64,000 nucleotides of DNA from Lingula anatina (Eukaryota; Animalia; Brachiopoda): contig CM120642.1 of the NCBI GenBank assembly GCA_051362555.1, positions 4,092,001 to 4,156,000 of the forward strand. The letters are read 5' to 3'. The notes under the pieces are model-generated. The model was not told the origin of the DNA. It made no database searches and was given only the letters and a program-made list of their open reading frames with translations. Both the position numbers and the translations under genes were made by a program. Below, one piece after another: positions 52,658 to 64,000 of this stretch. Each line of letters opens with the position of its first letter. Positions within the stretch are counted from its first letter, which is position 1.

Positions 52658-55600
52658 TTACAATATCGGGCAACCTGCAAAGATGTTGAAAATTTTGAGA
52701 TGTTTTCAGAATATTTAATTAACACCGTAGATTTTCGTATAGTTACAATGACCTGCAAAAAGGTTCTCCTTTAAAAACAGCCACATCAGCATGTATGAAG
52801 AGTGACAATGAGTGTTCGTTAGTAAGCGCTTTAGGATCTAAATACATTTCAGATAGGACTTATTGAACCTGTTTGGTAATAAGAGAGAGAGAGAGGGGGA
52901 GAGAAAAAGAGAGAACAAAAAATATAATAGTATAATATTTAGGGAAAGAGCTCACGACCATACTCACTTCCCCCACTACGTCTTTTATTCGCCCTGATCT
53001 CCTGTATAAGCTTCTCTTGTCTGGCTACGGTCTCCTGCAACTGTTGAGTCTTCTTCTGGTGTTGCCGCTGAAGCTGGTTGTGGTTCTTCTGCATATCAGC
53101 CACCATTTCTTTATATTGTTCTCCTTGCCTGTCCAAACCCTCCTGTAGGAGGCGCTGGTGTTCCTCTTGCTTTGCACGAATGTCTGCCTCGTGCATTTCC
53201 TGCGATGCCCGGATTTTCTGATCAAATTCGGCTTGAACCTGCTGTATCATTGCCAGGTTGCTTGCCTCCTTGTCGGCAAGTTCTTGCTGAAGCTGCTGCT
53301 GTTTCTGTTTTAATGACTCTGCCTGCAAAGCTTGTTGTTCAGCTTCTTCTTTGGCTCTTGCAAGATCCTTCTCTTTTTCGGACATTTTCTATAACAGAAC
53401 ATTTATATATATGTTCTTTGCAGTTCAAGTTTCCCATGTTTAGAGCGTTTATTGATATATTCGGCTTGCATATTAACTCATTTATTAATGTGTCTTTTTT
53501 TTCGCGTCTGGCGAGAAAGATACGTGATTCTTTAACAGAAGAATTATTGATTTAAATGATAACATCATCAAGCAGAATATCATAACCTTTACATAAAAAA
53601 CTCACTGCTAACAATCCTCACCTTGTCAGCTTCCAGAATGGCCTTTCCCTCACTTTTCTTGTCTTCATTGAACAGCGCCAGTTCCTCGTCAGCGCATGGA
53701 CCCTTTCTCTCTGTGTTGGCGTATATCTCTTTTACTTTCTGATAGTCCGCTTGGTACTCCTCGTACCCTCCTGCGCCTGTGTAGTGACCAGCCTGGATCT
53801 TGCTGGCAATATTGGCATACGCGTTTTGCAAAACGGATCTACATTTATCCCTTGAGACTGCCTTGTTCTGCTCCACAAATTGCGTATAAACTGACAGCAA
53901 GGCCTCCTACATGATAAAAATACATGTTCTATCTATTACGATATATTAGACATACGTTACATATAAACATCATACACAGCATTATCTGTGTGGTACTTTG
54001 CGCTGTTACCGACCACATTTCAAGTCGCATCTTTAGTTTGGTAGGCATTACGGGTGTTTATTTTGCCGTTGATAGTACTACACCGTTATATCATCCTAAA
54101 TTTTATTCTTCCAAGATGCTTACCTGCAATTTCCTTTGGAATTTCCCTTCGGCATCAAATACAGCAATGTTCTGATAAACACGGAGGGCTGCCCCATTGG
54201 CCTGCTCGTGGAGACTTGACAGCTCCTTCAACGAGAGGGGCATGTTTGGGAGAGCTTCCTTCTCCATCATGGTGCTGTAGCTCCTTACACTTTCATCCAA
54301 AGCCCTTTGACACTCCACCTGCTTCATTGTCTCCACTGCGGTACCAATACACGGCACGGCACCAGAGTTGATGGCTTGGACGTACGTTTCTGTCAATGTT
54401 AGGTACCCTGTTGAAGAAAAAAAACGCATACCGAAATATGAATAATAAATAATTAAATGGTATAACATGGGGTTTATAAACAAAAACCACATGTTATAGT
54501 TGTCATTTGTTATTTTTTATCTGAAAAGAACAATGTATTTTAACGATTTTCCCAACATGAGCTTAAGTTCCTGAATTTGATTGAAGTATTTCCATAAACG
54601 AATTCAGTAATTGTAGAAATAAGGTGATATATTTACTGCTGCCATTAATGGCGTTCCCCTGCACTCTGAATACCTCCACGCCTGTCCAAACAGTCTCGCA
54701 GAACCGATTCGCGTCTTTCATGAAGTCTGGCTTAATGTCCTCCTCTCTGGCCTGGTCAAGCCTCTGGAGAAGCACATCATCGTTCACTGGTTTCTTAAGG
54801 ACGAAGCACTTCCTGTGGGGGAAAAATGCCCGGATGCATTCTCTGGGTGCATTGTATTCATGGACAGCTTTGCCATGTCCTTTCTTCATTTTCAAGGCAT
54901 GTTCAAGGTACTCGTCAGGCGTGCATGGCTTCCCTTCAATGTTGAGCTCAAGGGTGAAATCACGCACTACCCAGAAGAATTGTGGAAAGAACTTGCCGAA
55001 CGATTCTCCAGTTTCCTCCTCGGCACCGCCAGCCTGGACTTTAATGTGTTCTGTCAGTTCTGCAACCAAGCTGTGGATCTAATTAAAGGAAGATTTTTGT
55101 TTGTTGTTGCCTTTATATACAGTGTGTAACGCTTGGTTTTTTCAGTGGATCTGATGTTTATCTTTTTTATTGATAAGAGTATTTTTTTAATTCTAAATGT
55201 TGTTTATGCATTTTTTTAAAATATGTGTATGTTCATGTAATATAAATTAACCCAATATATTGTAAGAAGACAGTAATTCATTATTTGCGACATTCAGACC
55301 ATAAATCAAAACACACTCTTGCTTATTGATTATGTCATTTTAAAGGATACTGTAGCTTATTAATAGCATCAGCATCAATGGTTCCTTGGCTGTTGTAGAC
55401 GAAACAGTTGCAAAGGAGAACGGCCAGAGTAAAAAGTTGAACGTCGTAGGTCGAGTCCCCCTTTTCCACGTCATAGAGGCCCTCGGTGTCAATCAGCAAC
55501 AGGCACCTATTGCTATCCCTTGGGTGGGGTCGGGCCCAGATCCAGATCCCTTTGGTTTTAGACTGGATCGTGCTGCCCAAATCGAATCCAGAGTTCTTGC

Positions 55601-55766
55601 CGTACAGCCTGTTCATCAGATACGACTTGCCCGTGCGGTATTTGCCGACGATGGCGACTACGGACATTGGTTTGTCTATGTTTTGCAAGCATAGTCTGGC
55701 TTCTTCGTTAATAGTAAACTTGTGACCTTTATCGCCTGGTATGATCAATGGTACCGGTTTTTCCAT
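52658..55766 (-). CDS. GBP: Guanylate-binding protein paralog C, intact, 618 aa from Met 55766, ends in CaaX (CPIL)
   Basis: Exons 55766-55351, 55070-54637, 54407-54124, 53906-53622, 53388-52968, 52674-52658 sum to 1857 nt (619 codons) with no internal stop. Motifs GKYRTGKS, DTEG, VVRD. An acceptor at 55779 indicates a further upstream exon. Confidence 0.93.
55071..55350 (-). other. U12-type (minor) intron in GBP-C
   Basis: 5' site GTATCCTTT, branch-like TTCCTTTAAT at 55091-55082 about 12 nt from CAG, no polypyrimidine tract, phase 2 (CA|C). Confidence 0.88.
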
Positions 55767-58700
55767 AACGGAGTTGTTCTGGCAAAAAAGGAATTCACAG
55801 GTTTCAGAAATACACATTTCCAGTCGAATGTTTGTACAGAATTGAAGTTGATTCAAAGACTGATCTTAAGTCGGAGGGCAATACATGAACGAATAATGAA
55901 TGAACACTTTGTGTAAAAATCCTAACCGAGTAAGCTTTACCCAAAGACGCAAAAGTCGCATATTCCCGCTCACTTTTTCGAATATTTTGTCAGAGGCAAA
56001 TCGTACAACTAAAATCTTTCTCTCTCTCTCTCGTGTACCAGTAATATATATTAGCCAAACATACCACCTCGTAATGATGGAACCAAAAATTAATGACATC
56101 AGGGTAGTACTTGTTTTAGGATTAAACTGTAACTTTAATCTTAAAATCTATATTTCTTTCTATTCCAGATTTAAAAATAAAAAAGATTTAAGGTGGATAA
56201 GCTGCCACGCTGCCAGAAATGGCAGCTTGCGAGCTGCAAAGAACAAAAACATGTATTTAAATTAAGTAAATGGTGTTGATTGGTAGCTGTTGAATGTCCC
56301 CTCAATCCCGCACTTTCCTCATATACTTGGTAAACAGTAGCCGTAAAGAAATATTTGTATATCAACAGTGGCGTATAATGGCGATCGATAGTCCGGGTTC
56401 CATAAATGGGGAATCTTCGCTGTGTTCATTGGCCAATTTTTTAAATAATCGTGCAATGTGTTGATTGGCCAAAATGTCATATTTCGACAAAATTACTCAT
56501 CAATACCGGATCTAACTGAAACATATCCATTTGTAGGAAATTGTGACCTTGTATCCGTTTACGAGTTTTGATGAAAATATATCCAAATAATGTATAAAAA
56601 TACCAATTTAGAAAATAATCATTGGAAATTGTTATATTAATTAAACAAACATTTAGCATTTCTTTACATATAAACCGTAATCATGATTAAAGTAATATAT
56701 TTATTGGCAATCCACAAAATAAATAAATAAGTAAATAAAAATCTGCAACAAAAAATTCTAAAATTGTGGCATCTATCGTGACATAACATCAAACAAACAA
56801 ACAAACCAGCAAAGTAAGATATTGCAATTTTTTCGCAAGTAATAACAAAATAGGATATACAAATGCACAAATAAAGGTGGGAGATCTATCTTGAAAATCG
56901 TTTCAATGATGATAAAATGTCCAAAAGTCTATACACGCAAGAAAATTTTCAATGAATAGTTATTCATGTTTATGAGCCAAAAAAAAACTTCATCAACCCT
57001 TACAATAAAAGGAAGTACTGTTTCTTATCAGATGTTCATACTAGTATGATACAAGAAAAGGAAAGTTTGACAATTCAGTTCAGACAGAAAAAATTTTTAA
57101 AATGAAAATGAAATTATTTAATCATTATTGGCAGTCAAGTGATTAATCACTTAAGTGGTTTTGATAAAAGGTGCAACAATAGCTTAATTGACTAATACGA
57201 AAGTTAATGATGAATCGGAAATTCACTTTCGGTTGAAAATATCCTGTAAGCCTTTTTTTCTTTAGTTCACATCTGTGAAGCTGTCTAATATTTTGCAATT
57301 GCGTTTGAACAAATACTTATATAAATAACTATAAGCAAAATAATTCATAGGGCATTTGTGTGGACAAACAAAAAGCCCCAATTAATACTGCACAACGGTG
57401 GATTACAAATTCTCCGATGTAGGAGGCTGAAAAAATACAAATACACTGTGTTCAAATTGATCGGTCCGGCAGGATCTATCTATCTTTGCAGCCCGCCCCT
57501 TCAGATGCTGTGGGGTTATTCAATTCCTTAATCTCTGAAGCGTTTCTGCTGATTACATTGAGTGCATTTAGGGGACCCCCCTACACACACACACACCCCC
57601 GAGGTAGGCCGATCACACTGGAAACGATAGCTTTAAATATAAACACAGCAGAACTGAATTTCACTGCAGCTGCTCACCGTCATGTCCTAAGTTTTTACCT
57701 AGTGGGGTGGGGTAGGGGATAGGGGAGCATGCTGGGAGGTCATAAGGGGTATAGAAGTTGACTTTATGTGACTAATAACAGTAAGTGGGTTATTATCTTA
57801 GATCAAAGAACTTCAGAACTTATACTGTCATAGTTAAAAGTACAATTATATAAATGTGAGTGATTATAGAGACGTGTGTATATCCATTCATCAGTGGCAT
57901 TATGTATTGGAGCGGCACTGATATAACCTACAACTACCATATACTTTGCCATATGGCCGCTAAACTCTAAATTACATTCTGAATGAAACACATGGAACGT
58001 GGGGAGCTATTAAGGGGTTGAAAAAAAAGAAACATTTATAAAATTAAAATAAAAGCATAGATATAGCAAAAGAAAAAACTTACTGCTGGTTCAAAATGTC
58101 GGCTTCTACTGCTTGCGTGGCAGTAATACAATGTATCTTTAACCTAAAATCCTTGTGTAATATAAGATCTGCTCTTTTCACCAGTGTGCGGTATGATATA
58201 GCGACGCATGAAACTGCAACTCGTTTTTCTAGCAGCCAGTCAACTAAGCCTGGTCATACAACGTATGCTGTAGAAAGGAAAAGCGTCGATTAAATGAATT
58301 TCCCCTTTTATTTCTAATTTATCGCCAGTGTTTTTCAGTGACTGCTCTTTTTAGCATTAAGAAATTCAACGTGAATAACGTACGTTGTAATACACGTTGT
58401 GCGGAATTCCCTTCAAGACAAGCGAACATACACCGGTAATAGCCCCTTATTAAACTTAGCATTAAAAGGGTGACGAACGTGTACTTTAACAGCTTAAGAA
58501 ATCACCCCACTATACCTAGACAACAGTTACAGAGAGTATAGATCTGACCTGACCTAGGTCAGTGACGTCAGCTGAATACACAAAACAAGTACATGTGTAT
58601 GAGTAATCAGTGAAAGTCTTCATAGGTCAAAATATTGTGGTATACCAAAAATAGTGTCATTATAAATATCACGGTCTTTTATTATTTTAGGTTTTGCAGA

Positions 58701-59044
58701 TGGACGGTATCATTTGTGAGATGGCCATTATGTTTAAATACAGACTTGACATTTAATATGTAATATTTTCTCCAAATCATAATTAATCAGTTTTTTTTAG
58801 CTGACTGATAAATGAAAATAAGGATTTAAATCGTGTTTTAAAAACTTTTGAAAATCTGTTCGATACCATTGTGACATCAGTTCATTAATTGAACTCGCCA
58901 ATGAAGCAAACAATAATGCATTGCCTATTTTAAGTCATACGACAACCATTGAAAGCGTTTTTTGGATCTCCATATTTTTCAATGTATCGTCTTTATAAGA
59001 GTTACACGCCACACAAATGTTCCTCAGCTCAATGTCTAGTCACA

Positions 59045-61600
59045 GCAATGGTCGCTGTTACGCCGGACCTCATTTTGCTGCTACCAGAGCATTCAAGCGA
59101 CTAGGCATTCCTTAGGATAGGTTTTTAGAGATTAATCTGGAATAAAATTCCAGGCAACGGTTAAAACTTGTCCAATTTGGTCCAGTTTTGTTGTAGGACA
59201 TGTAGGCCATTGATTGGGCGAGAAATGGCCTGCCCACACATTGTCTGTGTGGTTCAAATATGGAGAATTTGAAGACCAAGGTAGCTGCTCATTTCCTTGG
59301 TTCTGTAAGTTATCTGCTGTTAAAATCGCTCTGTGTGAACCGGCAATCTCATCGTATAACCTAAAATTGTTCTTAAGGTGCCCCCTGTCAAATTATGGTC
59401 AAGTGATTCCCAGAGTATTCCTTTATTTGATCTGGCTCAGGTTTTGGCACGCACAGGTTTTGGTACGCACTCCAAATAGTGAGGCTGTGAGGTGACCCTA
59501 GTCACTTAAGAAGTGGCACAAGCCTTTTCGTAGGCCTCTTCAGGATGTCTGTAAACTCAGTTTTGACCAGTTTAGCGGTACGGGTGAAATCTAACCTACA
59601 CACACTGGACAAAAGAAGTGTCACCCCCCTAACTCAGAGTAATAAAAGTAGGCAGATCTTGGGTACTTATAATGCCTGATCTACTTATAATGTGACTAAT
59701 GAGTAAAAAACCGCTATACCATGGAATTGTATTCTTGGTCTTGTACATGTACAGCAAATGTTATTTCTGTCTTCCTCCAATGTGGCAAGATACAGGCAAT
59801 TATCTAACGGTTATAGGTGCAAGTTATTAACCTGAAGAGGCGGAATATAAGCAATGTCAGTATATCGATACAATTGAAATGTTTAGTCAGAACCGTGCAG
59901 AAGGTCTGGTCTCGGTATAGAAACACTGGATCAAGAGACAAATTGCCTCTGATGGGTCGTCCAAGAAAAAAATACTGGTCGTGAAGACCGACGACTGATT
60001 TTGATGTCCAGGTTGTCAAAGTTCGACACTGCTTGTCAGTTGACAACACATTGGAACAATTTCACACATAAGAATGTGTCTGTGAAAATTGCTAGGCGTC
60101 GGTAACATGCTCTGAGAGTGTACAGCAGGGTAGCAAGACTGAAACCTCTTATATCGTTACAATACAGGCAACGTAGAGTAAACTAGGGTCAACAGGATCT
60201 GGAACTGGACAGTTCATGACAATTGGCCCTATATATTTTTTTCTGATGAGTGTCGCTTTGGTCTGACCTCTGATGACAGGCGGGTACTATGCTGGCAAAC
60301 TGCTGGTAAAGCATTTGAACCACATGCACTGAATTTTCGAACCCGGAGCAGCATATTCATCAAGGTTTGGGACTGTATCAGAATCCATGGCTTGGGCGAA
60401 TTGATAGTGGTTAATGGAAACATGAATCACTAGAAATGTATCGATGTTTTGGAGTCAGGCTTGCTACCATATATTCCTAACATGTTTGGTGACAGGAATT
60501 ATCCATTTGTTCACCAGGATGACAATGCTCCTTGTCACAGGCCCAGAGCAGTTGATGATTGGTTTGACCAACAGGACATTCGCAGGGTGATGTGGCCTGC
60601 CCAGCGTCCGGATGCAAACATAATAGAAAATGTGTGAAATGATATGTCAAAACGTTTCACTAATGCCCGTCTAACCAGCAGAGAAACTCTGTTATATTCA
60701 GTGTTTCATGCTTGGGCCAGCATAAGCCCTGAACGCATCAGACAATTATATGAAACCTTGCTTCGTAGACTGGCACCTATTATTAGGTCACGTGGCTATG
60801 CCACTAAGTACTAATTTTGGACTTGAAACTGCATATTTTGGTAGAATGTAAATTTTGTTCTCATTTTGTGATTTTTTGTGAAATTTGATGTTAATAAAAT
60901 GATACCAGGAGCATATCATTCCACAGTCATTTATCTCCCCCATAGTATTGGCTCAGTAAGGGTGACACTTCTTTTGTCCAATGTGTGTAAATAAAGAAAA
61001 CCACGCAGTTTCAGTGTTCTACCCAGAAACGGCCATGGTCCCCAATTCATTTGAGAAACAGCTAAAATACGCTGTTTTGCTGTTTACATTAGCTTCCTCG
61101 GAGGTCGCCTGATATCCTAACCTGCTGAAACCATTTTGGAGCTCGCTAAGAGCCTTGAAAAACGCGTTTTGGTGACAATTTGCCCCTCATTCAATACGGA
61201 CTGGGTGGTTTTGGTTTAATTGCAGCAGCCTGTCCTGAAGGACAGTGAGTCCTGTACCCTGGTGATAAGATGTCGATACTTTGGCCTTTGTCTCTGTGTA
61301 GGTGCATAACTGGGCATAACTCTATAAAACTGTGCAAACCACTCCGTATGACACAAAAATCTGTCTGGCAATGTCTGCCTTTTTGGCGCCATTCCGGCAC
61401 AGCTTAACAATTTTATAAAACACTTCTTAACTGATTTTATGCACTGCAAAACCGACCGCTTTCAAGCAAAATTTCAATTTCTTCGATACAGTAGTTGCCG
61501 ACACATGATACTTTTTTGACTGAACCATGCTTCAAAGCTAAGCTTTGACTAGCCCAAAGGAGCACCGGCCAATTAAATCACTGCATATTACACAATGCAA
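59045..61600 (-). mobile_element. Older, heavily decayed Tc1 element split by the 59599-60987 insertion
   Basis: The minus strand reads NNFRLYDEIAGSHRA...QLPWSSNSPYLNHTDNVW, AWNFIP, MPSRLNALVAAK. The VVF..(DE).RF motif rejoins across the insertion. Ends are not defined. Confidence 0.65.
59599..60987 (+). mobile_element. Degraded Tc1 transposon with both TIRs
   Basis: TIR CACACA(C/T)TGGACAAAAGAAGTGTCACCC, TA flanks. Motifs FFSDECRF, HQDDNAPCH, WPAQRPDANIIENV, RSRGYATKY. Confidence 0.92.
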
Positions 61601-62467
61601 CAGAGCAACACACTTGGTAGTCAGTTGATTGGTAACCACACACCTGACTTCTTACTTCTCCAGTCAGATATCTTTTGTGAGATCTGAGTTTGTTTTTTTT
61701 TTTAAAGAACGCATTTTTACCTAGGCATACCTTTAAAACTGAAATATCCCATATTAAATGTCAAGTCTGTATAAATCTGAAAAATTTTAAACACAGAAAA
61801 GTTCCCCGTCCGTTTGACACCTGTAATGCAATATGTATACTCTTTATACGAACTATTTTGAGCTCATGAAACATGGGCGCCTCTGACGTTCGCAGTGTGG
61901 GTCTTTTTTTTCGGTGTTGAATGCGCCAATAAAAGAGTTTAAATTCACCCCATAAAAAGGGTCCATTAGGATATCCGAGTTTCGAGACGACGCGGGATCG
62001 GCTTCTTTAATCTTGTTTTCATAACTTTAATAAAAATCTTACCGATTAGGAAAATTTAAGATGAATGAGCACTGATCAGATGTGAAATATAATTATGGGA
62101 GATAGCAGCGTACGGTGTATGTACAAGTTTAGAATATAAATAAATGTAAGAAAAGTAAAAGAAAAAATACAACATTTCGTTTTGCACTAGCCACAGATTA
62201 ACCATTTAATAAATAAATAAATAAATAAATAAATGATAGTATAATTTACACCCCCCCCCTCTGTGAATGCCAATTTGTCACAGTTAAAACAGAACAATAA
62301 CAGAGTATTTTGGTGTAATTCCATGTACTTTCATTTATAAATAGAGTTCTGCTGTTTAACATTGCTATTGATCTATTATTGTGAAGATAATACACTTTCT
62401 CATTCTTCTTCTATTTGTTTTCATGTAGACTTTATGAAAATGTATCTCTGTGGACAAGTATTTCTTT

Positions 62468-62470
<3 letters not shown>

Positions 62471-62515
<45 letters not shown>
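62471..62515. repeat. (TA)n microsatellite (another at ~63887-63938)
   Basis: Direct reading. Confidence 0.95.
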
Positions 62516-62519
<4 letters not shown>

Positions 62520-63123
62520 AGCATAGTGACAGAAGAGGAAGACTAATAACACTTCCTGAGCAGAAAACAGATCATGGAAAAATTCAGTGGCTGCTCAGTC
62601 CAAAAAGTGAATCGTGCTTGAGAACATTACATCTATACATAACTGAAAGTTTGAAAAAACGACACACCCATCAATAACAATAGTCGTTTTATTCTGTGCT
62701 GCTTCCCAGTAATCATTCCATTAGTATTTGTACAAATTTGTATAATTGATGTTAAGTTGTTATGAATAGTTTAGAGAGCCTGTACAATGTAATATGTACA
62801 CATTTTAGTGCTCAATAAAGGTTATTTATTTTATTTATATAATCGAACTGACACGATATGTAACTGCACCACATGATATATGTTAGAGTAAGTCAGAGCA
62901 TTGTGCGACACGTGTCTCCTCGGACCATTCAGTCACTTTTTATAAGTTTTTTTTTTTTTTTAATATTTTTCAGCACACTACGGAATACAAAGCAAAATAC
63001 AAGATATGCACAACAAGAACGTCCTTGTTGCTAAAACGATTACGGTACGGTCACGGCAACACGGTAGTTTAAGCTTTTCCTAGGATGTCCGCATCAGACT
63101 CTTGGAAACTGGGCAGGAACTCT

Positions 63124-63870
63124 TTACAATATTGTGCAACCTGCAAAGATGTTGAAAAATGTGATATGTTTTCAGAATATTAAATTAACACCGCAGACTT
63201 GATTTCACTTTCGTATAAGTACAATGACCTGTAAAAAGGGGCTCCTTCAAAAACAGCCACATCAGCATGTACAAAGAGTGAATGTGAGTGTTCGTTAGTA
63301 AACGATTTAGGTTCTAAATACATTTCAGATAGGTTTTACTGAATATGTTTGGTAATAAGAGAGAGAGAGAGAAAGAAAAGAACAGAAAAAGAGAGAACAA
63401 AAAATATAGTAGTATAATATTTAGGGAAAGAGCTCACGACCATACTCACTTCCCCCACTACGTCTATTATTCGCCCTGATCTCCTGTATAAGCTTCTCTT
63501 GTCTGTCCATGGTCTCCTGCAACTGTTGAGTCTGCTCCTGATGTTGCTGCTGAAGCTGGTTGTGGTTCTTCTGCATATCAGCCAGCATTTCTTTATACTG
63601 TTCTGCTTGCCTGTCCAAACCCTCCTGCAGGAGGCGCTGGTGTTCCTCTTGCTTTGCACGCATGTCTGCCTCGTGCATTTCCTGCGATGCCCGGATTTTC
63701 TGATCAAATTCTGCTTGGACTTGCTGTATCATTGCCAGGTTGCTTGCCTCCTTGTCGGCAAGTTCTTGCTGAAGCTGCTGCTGTTTCTGTTTTAATGACT
63801 CTGCCTGCAAAGCTTGTTGTTCAGCTTCTTCTTGGGCTCTTGCAAGATCCTTCTCTTTTTCGGACAATTT
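63124..63870 (-). CDS. GBP: Guanylate-binding protein paralog D, last two coding exons (gene continues beyond the window), ends in CaaX (CTIL)
   Basis: Exon 63870-63450 is nearly identical to the GBP-C coiled-coil exon. Terminal exon 63140-63124 reads gt tgc aca ata ttg taa. Introns and 3'UTR also align with GBP-C. Confidence 0.88.
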
Positions 63871-63882
63871 CTATAACAGAAA

Positions 63883-63940
<58 letters not shown>

Positions 63941-64000
63941 CTTTATATTTGCAGTTCACGTTTCCCATGTTTAGAGCGTTTGTTGATATGTTCGACTTGT

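Noticed and set aside
53172-55725. Plus-strand ORFs overlapping GBP-C (likewise 38874-39319 and 63499-63974)
   Set aside because: Antisense or alternative-frame shadows of real exons, with no independent motifs.
57678-57683. ATGACG|gtgagc as the first coding exon of GBP-C (phase 0)
   Set aside because: Phase-compatible but too short to distinguish from chance; another donor exists at 58083.
63200-63215. Other IRF-like motifs (also ~8016, ~23080, ~57222)
   Set aside because: They are intronic or lack positional support, and such motifs arise by chance in AT-rich DNA.

Overview
AT-rich, intron-containing animal genomic DNA, most likely from an invertebrate; no prokaryotic features or CRISPR. 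The core is a cluster of four guanylate-binding protein (GBP, dynamin-like immune GTPase) paralogs. GBP-A (minus, ~27067 to 20859) looks intact and may end in a distant exon at 15356-14821. GBP-B (plus, 34969-39619) is a pseudogene with several lesions. GBP-C (minus, 55766-52658) is intact, 618 aa. Only the 3' end of GBP-D (minus) is in the window. Two tandem two-exon UDP-glycosyltransferase genes sit between GBP-B and GBP-C. The rest is decayed LINEs, Tc1/mariner elements, MITEs and microsatellites. The main points are: (1) a U12 (minor-spliceosome) intron at the same position in all three full GBP copies, apparently degenerating in GBP-A; (2) the CaaX prenylation signal encoded by a separate 17-nt terminal coding exon missed by the ORF track (CPIL, CTIL, and a dead FAVM), which GBP-A may have replaced with a novel ~180-aa tail; (3) a probable transposon-excision scar with a templated insertion in one UGT intron; (4) a repeated antisense spliced unit following Tc1 transposase ends. 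All exon models were read by eye and need RNA-seq confirmation.
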